The translations under genes and the position numbers were made by a program. Shown piece after piece: positions 28,363-38,739 of a DNA stretch of 64,000 nucleotides; position 1 is the first letter of the stretch; the number at the start of each line of letters is the position of its first letter. The notes under the pieces were generated by a model, which was given only the letters and a program-made list of their open reading frames with translations, searched no databases and was not told where the DNA came from. This DNA comes from an uncultured bacterium (GTDB taxonomy: Bacteria > Verrucomicrobiota > Verrucomicrobiia > Limisphaerales > UBA8199): contig CAVVMW010000010.1 of NCBI GenBank assembly GCA_963749495.1, positions 160,001 through 224,000 on the forward strand, in the 5' to 3' direction.

Positions 28363-30237
28363 ATGAAGTCATATTGCGCATATTTCTTGCCCAGGGCGGC
28401 ATTAGTGGCGGTGGCGGCCGTTGCCGCCGGCCTGGCGTCCGCCCCTGAGCCGGCTGCGGCGAATCCCAACGTCCTGCTCTGGGATACCCTCTCGCCGCTG
28501 AGCGGCCAATCCAATGTTGGAGAACGGTCTGGCTGGAAGCGGGTGCCGAGCGACCTGCTCTTGCTCGAAGCCGACCCGCCCAAGGCCAGCTCCGACCCTG
28601 GGTATTACGGCCGCGAGTATGCATTCAAAGGAGATGCGGTCGTGCAGAACCAAGAGCTCTTGGCGGTCTTTCGCTCGGCCACCGGACGGCTGGAGCTCTA
28701 TGCGGAGAGCGAGGCCGCCCGGCCGGCAGGGGCGGCGCCATCCACGGCCCCGCCTTCCAGGAAACTCATCGAGTTGGCCCCGCTACAAACCAAGGCCCAA
28801 CCGGGGACCCTCAGCCGGGTCACAGTCCTGCGAAATGCCGCTGACGAAGTGGCGCTCAACGTCGCTTTTTCGGCCACGGGGTCTCCGGAGATTTCGAGCG
28901 TCTTCGTCTTCGGCAAGACGGCCATCATCGAGGTCAAACCGGCCCCCGAGATGAAAGGCATCAGCCTGCTGGGGCCGATCCGGTTCGGCATCGCGCCCAG
29001 CTTCATCGGCGATGACCTCCTCTTCGACCCGGCGGATTATCCGTCGGCCAACTCGCTGTGGATTGCGGCGGAGGATCTCTTTCTTGGGCTGCTCGAGGGA
29101 GAAAACAGCGAGTTGGTGATGACCTGGCCCAGGGGCAACCAACGCCTGGCGCTCCACCTCGGGCCCGGTGAACCGGCCGGACGCGTGGCCGACTCGATTG
29201 ATTTCGACAACGACGGGCAGAGCCTTTACCTGGCCCCTTTGGTGGCGCCGGGTCTCTGGCACAAGGAGGCCCTGGCCCCGTCTTTCCTCGAGAAGGACGT
29301 CACGAGCCAGTGGAAACGGCCCTTTCCAGCACGATGGAAGACGCAACTCTCCGAGGACGGGGTGGCAACCACCTTCGCCTTCCGGCCATCCAAGGGACAG
29401 GTCTGGCGTGGCGTTGCCGGGTCTTACAACTACCCGGTTTGGTTCAATGGCCAGGAGGCCTGCTTTCGCCTGAGCAAGAAGGTGCCGCCCCAGGGCCAAT
29501 CGCTCATCTACTTCCTCGAAGGGCAGGAGACACCGCCCTGGGTCTGGACGCCGTCGGACATCCTCAAGGCGACGCTGGGCCGGGCGGCCGCCGAGCCGAT
29601 TCTGGACATCGCCGGCCGGAAGCTGCGCACGCACCACCGGCGGGGCGGCCAGGGTGTCCGCCGCGCCTGCACCTGCGGCTGCACCGAGGCCATCCAGGCA
29701 GTCTTCGAGGCCGGTGAGGAGGTCGAGAAAAAGGACTACATCCAGAGCGCTGTCGATGACATGATCTACTTCGTCCATCGCCACGTCGAGAGAATCGACC
29801 AGTACATGCGATTTGCCGATGATTTGACCAAATTCCTCCAGGCCAAGGCGGCCTCCGCCCCCCAGCTCAAGCCATTCCTGGACCAACTCGAGCCAATCGC
29901 CCGGCAGATCCCCGAGGAGTACGCCGTCCAGAAAGAGAACATGAAATCATTCGCCTACGCCGACCAACTCACGGCGCAGACACTGGCCCTTGCGGGCAAG
30001 AAGGACCCGAACAACCTGAAGGCCTACATGGAGTTGCTCAATGCCTGGAGAGGCATGGGCGGCGCGCAGGATTATGTCGTGGCCCAGTGCCACACGATCG
30101 CGCGGAAGCTGGCGCAGCGCGCCGGGTATGCCTGTGTGAATGACCCCCAGGCGGCCACCCTGGCCCAGGAGATCCGCAGCCGCTGCCGCCAGTGCCTTAG
30201 AAATCCGGATGGGTATGAGATCTGGGCCGATTACTGA
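28363..30237 (+). CDS. Secreted hypothetical protein with Cys-rich helical C-terminus
   Basis: 624-aa ORF; signal peptide; RACTCGC motif. Confidence 0.8.
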   Translation: MKSYCAYFLPRAALVAVAAVAAGLASAPEPAAANPNVLLWDTLSPLSGQSNVGERSGWKRVPSDLLLLEADPPKASSDPGYYGREYAFKGDAVVQNQELLAVFRSATGRLELYAESEAARPAGAAPSTAPPSRKLIELAPLQTKAQPGTLSRVTVLRNAADEVALNVAFSATGSPEISSVFVFGKTAIIEVKPAPEMKGISLLGPIRFGIAPSFIGDDLLFDPADYPSANSLWIAAEDLFLGLLEGENSELVMTWPRGNQRLALHLGPGEPAGRVADSIDFDNDGQSLYLAPLVAPGLWHKEALAPSFLEKDVTSQWKRPFPARWKTQLSEDGVATTFAFRPSKGQVWRGVAGSYNYPVWFNGQEACFRLSKKVPPQGQSLIYFLEGQETPPWVWTPSDILKATLGRAAAEPILDIAGRKLRTHHRRGGQGVRRACTCGCTEAIQAVFEAGEEVEKKDYIQSAVDDMIYFVHRHVERIDQYMRFADDLTKFLQAKAASAPQLKPFLDQLEPIARQIPEEYAVQKENMKSFAYADQLTAQTLALAGKKDPNNLKAYMELLNAWRGMGGAQDYVVAQCHTIARKLAQRAGYACVNDPQAATLAQEIRSRCRQCLRNPDGYEIWADY

Positions 30238-30247
30238 ACCGGGGTTT

Positions 30248-31246
30248 ATGAGTGAGCGGAGGTTGGAGGGACGGGTGATCAGGGGCGAGGGACAAGGGGC
30301 GAGTATCGCAGGCCCCCTCTGGCGGGTGCTGCCGCGTCAGACGCGTCCGACCAGTCCGACCCGTCCGACACGTGCCACCTTTCACGCTTGGCTCGCCTTG
30401 TGCGCGGCCCTTGCGTTGCTCGCGGGCTGTGAACGCAAGAGCGCAACCGCACCGCCGCAAGCCGGCACTAATACCTCCGCCCAGACAAGCCCCAGCCCGC
30501 CTCAGCCAGCCCCGGGTTCGAAGGCGGACATGGTCCGCATCCCCGGCGGCCGATTCATAATGGGAGACAAGAGCCAGGTCAATGCCCCGCCTCACGAGGC
30601 CGTCGTGAGCCCATTCTACATGGACAAGCGCCTCGTGACCCAGGAGCAATACCAGGGCCTCATGGGCGCCAATCCTTCGCGCTGGAAAGGAGACAAGAAT
30701 CCCGTCGAGCAGGTCCGGTGGTCCGACGCGGTCAGGTTCTGCAACAAACGCTCCCAGGCGGAAGGGCTTCAGCCGTGCTACGACCTGAACACCTGGAAGT
30801 GCAATTTCGAGGCAAACGGCTACAGGCTGCCCACCGAGGCCGAGTGGGAATGCGCCTGCCGCGCCGGCACCACGACGGCCTATTTCTTCGGCGACAATCC
30901 CTCCCAACTGGGCGAATACGCCTGGTTCAAAGAAAACTCGGGCGGGCACCCACGCCCGGTCGGTCAGAAGCAGCCCAATCCCTGGGGACTCTCCGACATC
31001 TGCGGCAACGTCTGGCAATGGTGCAACGACTTTTACAAGGTGGACTATTACGCGGCGGCCCCAAAACAGGACCCCAAAGGACCGGAGCAGGGTGAAACCA
31101 AGGCGCTCCGCGGCGGCGGCTGGAGATTCAGCCCCGAGAGCTGCCGCTCCGGCTATCGCTACAATGAGAACCCCGGTTACTCGGATGTCTGTTTCGGCTA
31201 CGACATCTACGGCTTCCGCTGCGTGAGGAAGGTCCCCGCGCCATAG
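30248..31246 (+). CDS. Formylglycine-generating enzyme (SUMF1) family protein, probable lipoprotein
   Basis: LAGC lipobox; PVEQVRWSDA, RLPTEAEWE, NPWGL, GNVWQW and GFRC motifs; start uncertain. Confidence 0.9.
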   Translation: MSERRLEGRVIRGEGQGASIAGPLWRVLPRQTRPTSPTRPTRATFHAWLALCAALALLAGCERKSATAPPQAGTNTSAQTSPSPPQPAPGSKADMVRIPGGRFIMGDKSQVNAPPHEAVVSPFYMDKRLVTQEQYQGLMGANPSRWKGDKNPVEQVRWSDAVRFCNKRSQAEGLQPCYDLNTWKCNFEANGYRLPTEAEWECACRAGTTTAYFFGDNPSQLGEYAWFKENSGGHPRPVGQKQPNPWGLSDICGNVWQWCNDFYKVDYYAAAPKQDPKGPEQGETKALRGGGWRFSPESCRSGYRYNENPGYSDVCFGYDIYGFRCVRKVPAP

Positions 31247-31290
31247 CCGGGTTTCTGCTTGGCCGGCGGAGTTGGACATCCGATCAGGTG

Positions 31291-32409
31291 TCAGACCTCG
31301 ACTGACTGCCCCCCTGCGCGGGCGGACTGCTGGCAGGCGGCCATCACCTGTTGAGTCTTGAAGGCGATTTGGGGCCAGGCCTCGTTGAGTTTTCCGGACT
31401 GCGCCTGCTGGGCGAAGTGGCGGAAGAGCCGGCTCTCCTGCGCGGTGGGGTCGCCGTTGCTGGCCTCGTTCACCGTCCAGCGCCGGAGGCCGGGCTCGAT
31501 TTTGAAATCGCACCCTTGGAAGGAGGGGGCCTGGCTTTCGGTCTCGAAGGCGGTCTCGTTCCCAAAAAACGGCAGGACGAAATCAAGCATCCGGAGCCGC
31601 CCCCGGGTGCCGCTGATCTCCGCCCACTGCTCGACTTCGGTGAGGAACGAGCAATAAAAGCTGCTGGAGACTCCGCCCTGGAAGAACAGTTCGCCGGAGA
31701 ATTCGGTCGGCACCGGCGCTGCCGCGTCCGGGTGCCGGAGTTCGCAGAGGGTGTGACCGCTCACGTGCCGGGGCAATTGCCAATCCATGGCCCAGAGGGC
31801 GAACCGGATGCAGTACCAGCCCAAATCGCCCAGGCAACCGTAAGGCTCCAGGCCGCTCTGCACGCGGATATTCGAGGCAAAGAACTCCTCGGTCTGCCTC
31901 CAACTGAAGGCCGAGGCAATGCGCCGGATCGCCCCCACGGTCTGGCCGTCGTCGAGCGCCTGGCGCACCCGGTCCAGGCGCCGGCTGTGCATGAACATGA
32001 CCCCGTCCATGAACTGGACCTGGTTGCGGCGGCAGGCCTCGAGCATTTCGGCAAGGTCGGCGAGGCTGGCCGCGCAGGGTTTTTCGCAGACCACGTGCTT
32101 GCCGGCCTGCGCCGCCCGCACGACCCATTCCTTGCGCACCCCTGTGGGCAGCGGAATGTAAACGGCATCAATGTCTTTGGCGGCCAGCAACTCCTGGTAG
32201 GAGCCCAGGGCCCTGGGCGGCGGCAGGAACGGGGCTTGCGCCTGGCATTGGCCGATGAACTGGCGGCTGCGCTCCAGGTCACGGCTGGCCACGGCCATGA
32301 TGGTGCCGTTTCCCGTGTTCCAGATGGCCTTCCAGTTCTTCCGGGCGATTTGCGCCGCGCCCAGGATGCCCCAGCGAAACTTTGGCGTTTCCATAGGTTT
32401 GGCCCTCAC
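31291..32409 (-). CDS. Gfo/Idh/MocA family oxidoreductase
   Basis: WGILGAAQIA, AVYIPLP, KHVVCEKP and DLGWY motifs. Confidence 0.92.
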   Translation of the reverse strand: MRAKPMETPKFRWGILGAAQIARKNWKAIWNTGNGTIMAVASRDLERSRQFIGQCQAQAPFLPPPRALGSYQELLAAKDIDAVYIPLPTGVRKEWVVRAAQAGKHVVCEKPCAASLADLAEMLEACRRNQVQFMDGVMFMHSRRLDRVRQALDDGQTVGAIRRIASAFSWRQTEEFFASNIRVQSGLEPYGCLGDLGWYCIRFALWAMDWQLPRHVSGHTLCELRHPDAAAPVPTEFSGELFFQGGVSSSFYCSFLTEVEQWAEISGTRGRLRMLDFVLPFFGNETAFETESQAPSFQGCDFKIEPGLRRWTVNEASNGDPTAQESRLFRHFAQQAQSGKLNEAWPQIAFKTQQVMAACQQSARAGGQSVEV

Positions 32410-32455
32410 TCAAACAGGTCGCGGCGCCCGGGGCAAGGTGAAAGGTTTTGGGGTA

Positions 32456-32632
32456 CCCCTCACCCCAACCCTCTCCCCTTCCGAAGGGGAGAGGGAGAAG
32501 CGTCGGCTGTCTCTGGAACTTCCTGGGGTCTCCGCTTGCCCAAGACGCTACGCACAACTCTCCCTCTCCCCATCCGATGGGGAGAGGGCCGGGGTGAGGG
32601 GTCCGCCCGCGGTGCTTCTCCTCCCTTCACTG
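32456..32632. repeat. REP/MITE family B
   Basis: Same doublet, ending cttcactg. Confidence 0.88.
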
Positions 32633-32749
32633 AGGTCTTACGGTTTTGGCTTTTCTTTTGCTCAGCGTCCTGCTATGATTCGGGCCATTCAGTTCAGCAG
32701 CGCGCAGCGAATAGTCATTCCCGGGAAATCGCAACCATCTGAATTTCCG

Positions 32750-33952
32750 ATGAAGTCGAAAGACTGGCGAGTTTTGTTCGTGGGAGGCGACACCTTGTGG
32801 TCTCGGCAGATCGAGCACGATCTGCTCCGCCTCGTTCCGAATTGGCGGTGCGAGCACGCCAGGACCTGCGACCAGGCTTTGGCGGCACTCTCATCCGAGC
32901 CGGCTCACGCCCTGGTCCTGGATGCCAGGGTGGGCGGCGCAGACAAGTTCCTGGAGGCGGTGGCCGCGCGGTTTCCCGGCACGATACCGGTGGTGCGCTG
33001 CCAGGCCTGGGACAGGGCTGCCGTGGCCCAGTGGACCAACCGCGGCGTGGGCCTGGTTCCCGACTGCGCCGACGCTGCCGCCCTGGTCGCGTCCGTCAAC
33101 AAGGCTGCGCGGCTCCATGGGTGGAAGATGGACCCTGCCATCCGGAGGCTGCTGGGCCTTGTGCGCAAGCTCCCGACCGTCCCCAGGCTCTACGCCGAGG
33201 TGACCGAGAAGTTGCAGTCCCCGGAGAGTTCAATCGAGGCGGTGGCCCATCTCATCTCTCAAGACCCGGTGATGACGGCCAAGATCCTGCAGGCGGTCAA
33301 TTCCGCCATGTTCGGGCTCGCCTGCGAGATCACCAGCCCGGTGCAGGCCGTCTTGCTCCTGGGCTCCGAGAGGACCTGCGCCCTCATCCTCCTGGCGGGT
33401 GTGTTCACCCAATTCGATGACATCCAATGCCCTGGCTTTTCCCCCGATGCCATCTGGCTCCACAGCCTGCAGACCGCCTGGTTCACGCGGACCATTGCGA
33501 GCGCAGAGATCACCGACCCAAGGTCCATCGAAGCTGCGTTCACCGCCGGGCTCCTGCACAACGTCGGCAAATTGATGCTCGCGGGCAACGTCCCGGACCT
33601 TTACACACAGGTCCTTCAAGCCCAGGCGCGCCGCCAATGCCCCCTCCAGGACGCCGAGCTGGAGGTCCTGGGCGCCACCCATGCCGAACTGGGCGCCAGC
33701 CTCCTGGGCAACTGGGGACTCGCCCTGCCCATCCTTGAGTCCGTCGCCTGGCACCACTGCCCCTCGCGCTCCCAAGACAGTTCCTTCTCGCTGCTCACCG
33801 CCGTGCACACCGCCAACGCCTTCGCTCACTGGGGCGAGGGCGGAAAGACCCAAGACCCTGTGGCCGGGCGCCTCGACACCCAGTACCTCTCACGGATCGG
33901 CCTGGGCAGCCGCCTCGATGACTGGCGCCAGCGGTGCAACGTCCCCGCGTAG
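32750..33952 (+). CDS. HDOD-domain signalling protein with degenerate N-terminal receiver
   Basis: LPTVP, DPVMTAKIL..VNSA.FG, AGLLHNVGK and HAELGA.LL..W.L motifs. Confidence 0.88.
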   Translation: MKSKDWRVLFVGGDTLWSRQIEHDLLRLVPNWRCEHARTCDQALAALSSEPAHALVLDARVGGADKFLEAVAARFPGTIPVVRCQAWDRAAVAQWTNRGVGLVPDCADAAALVASVNKAARLHGWKMDPAIRRLLGLVRKLPTVPRLYAEVTEKLQSPESSIEAVAHLISQDPVMTAKILQAVNSAMFGLACEITSPVQAVLLLGSERTCALILLAGVFTQFDDIQCPGFSPDAIWLHSLQTAWFTRTIASAEITDPRSIEAAFTAGLLHNVGKLMLAGNVPDLYTQVLQAQARRQCPLQDAELEVLGATHAELGASLLGNWGLALPILESVAWHHCPSRSQDSSFSLLTAVHTANAFAHWGEGGKTQDPVAGRLDTQYLSRIGLGSRLDDWRQRCNVPA

Positions 33953-34184
33953 GGCGCGCGGCAGATCTCTTCCAGGGCGCCCGCCTGCCGCACAAATGCG
34001 GCGTTCCGGTTCGCCTCGGAACGCCGCATTATGCGGCAGCGAAGAATTTTGGCGTGCGCGCCCTTAATCCAGGGGATTCCCCTGGGGCATCTTCATCCTT
34101 GGCCCGATTGCGCCCCGACAGCCGGCGCGGCATTATGCGGGCATCGAATGTGAAAATGGCAGCTCTCAGAAAGGCCCGCAACCT

Positions 34185-34595
34185 ATGATGAATCGCGACA
34201 GACTCCTCGGCAAACGCATCCTCCTCGCGGAAGACCAGACCGACGTGCGCCACATCCTCACGCTCCTGCTCCAGACTGACAAGCACATCGTCGCCTGCGC
34301 CGCCAACGGACGCGAGGCCCTGGACCGATTCACCCTCGAGCCCTTCGACCTGGTCATCACCGATTATGTCATGCCGGAAATGAACGGTGACGAACTGGCT
34401 CTGCGCATCAAGCAACTGGCCCCCGCCCAACCCATCCTCCTCATCACCGCCTCCAGCGACGCTCTGGACCGCTGCGCAGGCTGCGTGGACGCCATCCTCA
34501 GGAAACCCTTCAGCCTGGAGGAGTTGCGCGCAGACATCGCGCGCCTGATCGGCGCCGCCGCCGCGCCCCCGCCTGAAGAGGCATGCCCAGCTTGA
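34185..34595 (+). CDS. Single-domain response regulator (CheY-like)
   Basis: LAED, ITDYVMPEMNG, T and KPF motifs. Confidence 0.9.
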   Translation: MMNRDRLLGKRILLAEDQTDVRHILTLLLQTDKHIVACAANGREALDRFTLEPFDLVITDYVMPEMNGDELALRIKQLAPAQPILLITASSDALDRCAGCVDAILRKPFSLEELRADIARLIGAAAAPPPEEACPA

Positions 34596-34743
34596 TTCAG
34601 CGGCCACGCTGGAACTCTTCCCGCCCGACGCCCAGATCCCAGTGCGCAAGGCACGGGAACAGCCGGGCCGCCGGCGGGCTTGGATATTGGATGGCGATGC
34701 TCCGTGCTTGATGAAGAGGCCCGGATCGGCTTATGTTCTGCCT

Positions 34744-35323
34744 ATGACGGCAGCCGAAGCAGCGAAAACCGACATGCGCGCCCCGCAACTGTGGCCGCTT
34801 TCCGTGCAGGCCTACCATGCCCTGGGCGAAATGGGTCTGATTCCGGAGAGAACAGAACTGCTGTATGGCCAGGTCTTCTGCAAAATGCCTAAATCTCCAT
34901 TCCACGCACTGCTCCTCATGCGGCTGCTTGACCTGCTCCGCCGCGCAACCCCTCCAGGTGTGCACGTTCGGCAGGACCAGCCAATCCTCTGCGCCGACTC
35001 CGAACCGGAGCCCGATCTCTCGGTCGTCCGCGGTTCCATCGAAGATTACGCCAGTGAACATCCCCGCACAGCCGAACTTGTCGTCGAGGTGTGCGTGACC
35101 AGTCACGAGTACCGACCGCTCCAAGCTGCGCGCCTATGCAGGCGCGGCCATCAGGGAAGTCTGGCTGGTGTTGGCGCCGGAGCAGCAGATCGAACAGCAT
35201 CGCCACCCCGAGGGCGGACAGTTTCGCGAACGAATCCTTCACGGTCCCTCGGGCCGCCTGGCCAGCACGGTGCTGCCCCAATTTGCGGTGGAATTAGACC
35301 CGTTGTTCGCAGCCAAAGTGTGA
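34744..35323 (+). CDS. Uma2 family endonuclease (1-nt insertion near 35112)
   Basis: EPEPDL..V and LVVEV motifs; removing one C restores YDRSKLRAYA..IREVWLV. Confidence 0.85.
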
Positions 35324-35409
35324 GGCCAGCCCGGGTTGGCTTGAGCTGAGAATATCCAACCTCGCATGGGCGGGAAAAAGTGTGGTGACGTTCCGAGGGT
35401 CTGCCGTGT

Positions 35410-35721
35410 ATGTTTTTCGTCAATATGACGGATGCATTGAACAATCTTCGCGAGCGGATCAAGCCGGAAGAATTAGCAAAGCAGGGATTCCCGCGTCCGA
35501 AGAACGTCCTGCTCTCAAAGGGCGTGGACAGCAACGGCGATGAGGCCTTCTATGTGTATCTGGTATTTCCGGACAAGACTTCGGAGAAAGCTTTGGCTTG
35601 GCGGAAGATTGAGCCAATGGTGTCATGGGTTCGTGACTTGATCTGGACGGAGACCGGCGCGCAACTTTGGCCCTACGTCAAAGTAAAGCGTCAAAGGGAG
35701 TTGGCTGGAGGACCTGCCTGA
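35410..35721 (+). CDS. Small hypothetical protein, possible degenerate MNT-like antitoxin
   Basis: D.NGDEA.YVYLVF...WPYV pattern; TGATG coupling to the HEPN-like ORF. Confidence 0.6.
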   Translation: MFFVNMTDALNNLRERIKPEELAKQGFPRPKNVLLSKGVDSNGDEAFYVYLVFPDKTSEKALAWRKIEPMVSWVRDLIWTETGAQLWPYVKVKRQRELAGGPA

Positions 35722-35861
35722 TGCCGCGCATTGGCCGGGATCTGGTCGCTCAAGCGCGGATGCTCGCGCTCTGCGAACCGCGGCGCCCCAAACAAGCGAC
35801 GCTTCGGCGGGCTGTTTCGACGGCTTATTATGGGTTGTTCCACTTTCTGATCAACGCGTGT
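35721..35861 (+). pseudogene. Truncated HEPN-like protein N-terminus
   Basis: LRRAVSTAYYGLFH motif, after which family resemblance is lost; no RX4H motif. Confidence 0.6.
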
Positions 35862-36203
35862 CGAAACAGCCGTGAACGCCTGGCGGCAATTGAAAGGCGC
35901 GAGCCCCGGCATTTGTCGTTTGTTTGCGATGGCTCTGATTCTCTGGCCGAGTCTTGCCGGCCGTTAAGCGTTGACGGCAGGTCCGCGCTTAATGTCCTCC
36001 TGCCGCGCCTCCGGGGGCCGTGGTGGGACCCGCCCTCATTTTTCCTCCGCGCCTCCGCGCTTCCTCTGCGCCTCTGTCTTGCCTCCCGGTGGGGGTTTTG
36101 TTAAAGTTCAATGCACGACTCCGCCTCGTTCATCCAGCGCCTTGCGCGCCCCTGGGCCGCGCCTCCGCCGGGCCCGCCGCCGTTGGAGCTCGATTTGCGC
36201 TCC

Positions 36204-36255
36204 ACGGGCCTTCACCCTGATCGAACTGCTGGTCGTCATTGCCATCATCGCCATC
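36204..36255 (+). pseudogene. Prepilin-type N-terminal cleavage/methylation remnant
   Basis: RAFTLIELLVVIAIIAI, cut off immediately by the end of the opposite-strand gene. Confidence 0.7.
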
Positions 36256-36262
36256 CAGAACG

Positions 36263-38093
36263 TCATCGCCCGGCTTGGCGCGCAACCCTGAACCGGTAAT
36301 TCCACCGCCGGTCCGGCGCGCTGTCGCCGTTGACGCCGAACTCGGACACATCATCCAGGCGCTGGAGGTTGTCCGCCCAATGGAAATCGAATGCGGGCGT
36401 CCTGCCGGCCTGCCCGACCAGCCCTCGAGCGATGCCGATCTCCAAGCCGTTGCCATTGACCCGGTAGGCTGCGGTGCCCACCGTCTCCCATTTGCCGTCC
36501 CGCCAGGCCTTGACCGTCGTCTGGGTGTCGCCGGGCACTTCCAGGTTCACCACGTAATCGTAGCCCAGCCAGCCTGTCGCCCCGTTTTGGTCCGCGTCCA
36601 GAAAAAGCAGCATCCAGTTCCGGTCCGTTCGCGGCGTGATCCGGTCCAGCGTTTGCGCGTAGAAATAGACGTTCGCCTCGTCGTAAGCCGCCTTGAGGAT
36701 GACGAAGTCGTTGCGGCCGGTCTGGTTGCGATAGACCAGGCCGCCGTAGCCGTTGTGGTCGCGATGGAGGGTGTCGCCGATCGCATCACGGGTACTCGGG
36801 CCGCACGTCGTTCCAATCGTCGAACGAGCCGTCAATGACGATGCGGCTCGGGCCGGGGGCCGCGGGCGGCGGGCGGACGCCCTTGAAGCGCCGCACCCAG
36901 GCGGCCAACTGGTAGTAGTAGTTGTCCCCGTGTCCGCCGCGCATCGGCTCGCAATCGCGGCTGTACTCCTGCGTGTATTCATCCACAAACAGCCCGCCGG
37001 GATAGTAGCAATCGGTGTCCTTGTATTTGCTCCACTCGCTATAGCGCCCGGCTATCCACTCGTTCCAGCCGGTCACAAAGATGAACCTGGGATTCACATC
37101 GAGCGCGCGCCGCCATTGCTCGTCGAAGTTCAAACCCAGGTCCACCGCGCCCGGCCTGGGGTCCGCTGTGCCCTGGTGCCAGCTCCGGCCCATGGCGCCC
37201 GCCTTATGGCTCATCGGCGCCGGCCCGGGCGTGTTGGGCAACGCGTTCTGGGCCACGCCCACGCTCATCTGCTCGGGTTCCCCGCGGGCGTTCCTGAAGA
37301 CGTGCTGTGGATAAACCTCCAGCCAACTCCACTGATCCGGCCCGCTCGGCCCCACCCAGTAGTCCGGCATCGGCCGACGGAACGTGAAAAACTCGAGCAT
37401 GTCCGCGTCCTTGATGAACTCCTTGTTCGCCAGCAACAACGGTTTGCCCTCCCACATAAACCAGAGTTCCTTCCAGAGGCCCGGCTTATACAGGTCCCGC
37501 CAAAGCCGGTCGGCGATCGGGCGCGGATCGCCGAAAGGGCAAATGAACCCGATGGCGGGCGTGCGCGCGCCCTGGCGGCGCATCGCCGCGTACTCCCGGC
37601 ACAGCGCCTCGTACTCCTCTTTCCACGTGAACGGCGGGTTGGTGGTGTCGAACAGGATGACATCAATCCCGGCCTGGGCCAGCAGGCCGGCGTGTTTGCG
37701 AATGACGAACGGGTCGGTCATCAGGTAATAACCCAGTTCCGGCTCGCCCCAATGGTGGGGCGCGCCATTGGCGGGCCAGGCCACCGGGCCGCCGTTGCCC
37801 TTGGCGGCGGCGATGAGCTGCGTATTGTCGTTCGGCCCTGAGCGGTTGGGTGTGTGCCACGTCCAATAGAAAATGCCCGCCCATTTGTCCGGCTTTACCG
37901 GCCCGCATTCCTCGAACCCCGGCACCACCCGCCCGGCCCCATCGGTCGCCACCCACGTATCCGCATAAACATCCCCGCCTTCGTACGGTTTGCCATGGAA
38001 CTCCGCCGCGCGGGCGGCCAGGCCGCAGACCAGCGCCGCAATGGCGGCGGCATTCATTGCAGTTCGAGGGCTGATCACTGAGAATGCGTTCAT
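36263..38093 (-). CDS. Secreted glycoside hydrolase, GH99/GH71-like (1-nt insertion near 36790)
   Basis: GIFYWTWH, WGEPELGYY, AGIDV..FD.TN, TGWNEW and DCEPM motifs; the two ORFs join if one C is removed. Confidence 0.75.
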
Positions 38094-38142
38094 TCGGGAT
38101 TACTTTTCGCGGTTGGGCGATTTTGAATTGTTTGCTGCTGGT

Positions 38143-38739
38143 CTATGGCGGAGGTGATCCGACAAAATCCCGGTAGGCAAAGTTGTCGATGGGTTCACCA
38201 GGCATGAGCGATCGGCGACGCAGCTCCCGGCGGCGCAGCGACGGATGGCGGACGTTGAGGCTGTAGAGCCTCAGCGTCACGCTTGCACGGTGCTGATCCT
38301 CAGGCGAAGCCTGCTCGTTTGCCTCGAGCGTTCCACGCGTGTAATCCCAGCGGAAAAACCGGTCGAAGGCGTAATCCTCGGCGTCCGGCCGAAGCAAGGC
38401 CTCGTCAAAATCTTCCCCTTTCCCCTGACAAAAATCGCAGCAATAGTAAAGGTTCTGCCATTTGTAGGCCTCGCGCGGGAACCGGGTTTTGGGCCGGAAG
38501 TGCTCTACCGTCTCGTAGGACGGCGGACTGATGGGGTAGTTGTCGCAGAAGGAGCAGTGGTCCTGCACCTGTGCCTTCAATGTGGGGCGGAGCTTGTGGT
38601 TAACGGGTTCGCCCTCGACCGTGTGCCAATGGAAACGAGCCGCTGGGCTTGCGGCATGGCGCTGCTCCCACTCCTCTCCCCAGGATTCCCATCTCTCCAG
38701 GAGGAACTCCGGCGCCGGCCAACGCTTGAACTTCCTCAT
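38143..38739 (-). CDS. HNH endonuclease, PtuB/retron-effector-like
   Basis: CSFCD...VEHFRPK...W.NLYYCC..C..K; ATGA overlap with the ATPase. Confidence 0.85.
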   Translation of the reverse strand: MRKFKRWPAPEFLLERWESWGEEWEQRHAASPAARFHWHTVEGEPVNHKLRPTLKAQVQDHCSFCDNYPISPPSYETVEHFRPKTRFPREAYKWQNLYYCCDFCQGKGEDFDEALLRPDAEDYAFDRFFRWDYTRGTLEANEQASPEDQHRASVTLRLYSLNVRHPSLRRRELRRRSLMPGEPIDNFAYRDFVGSPPP

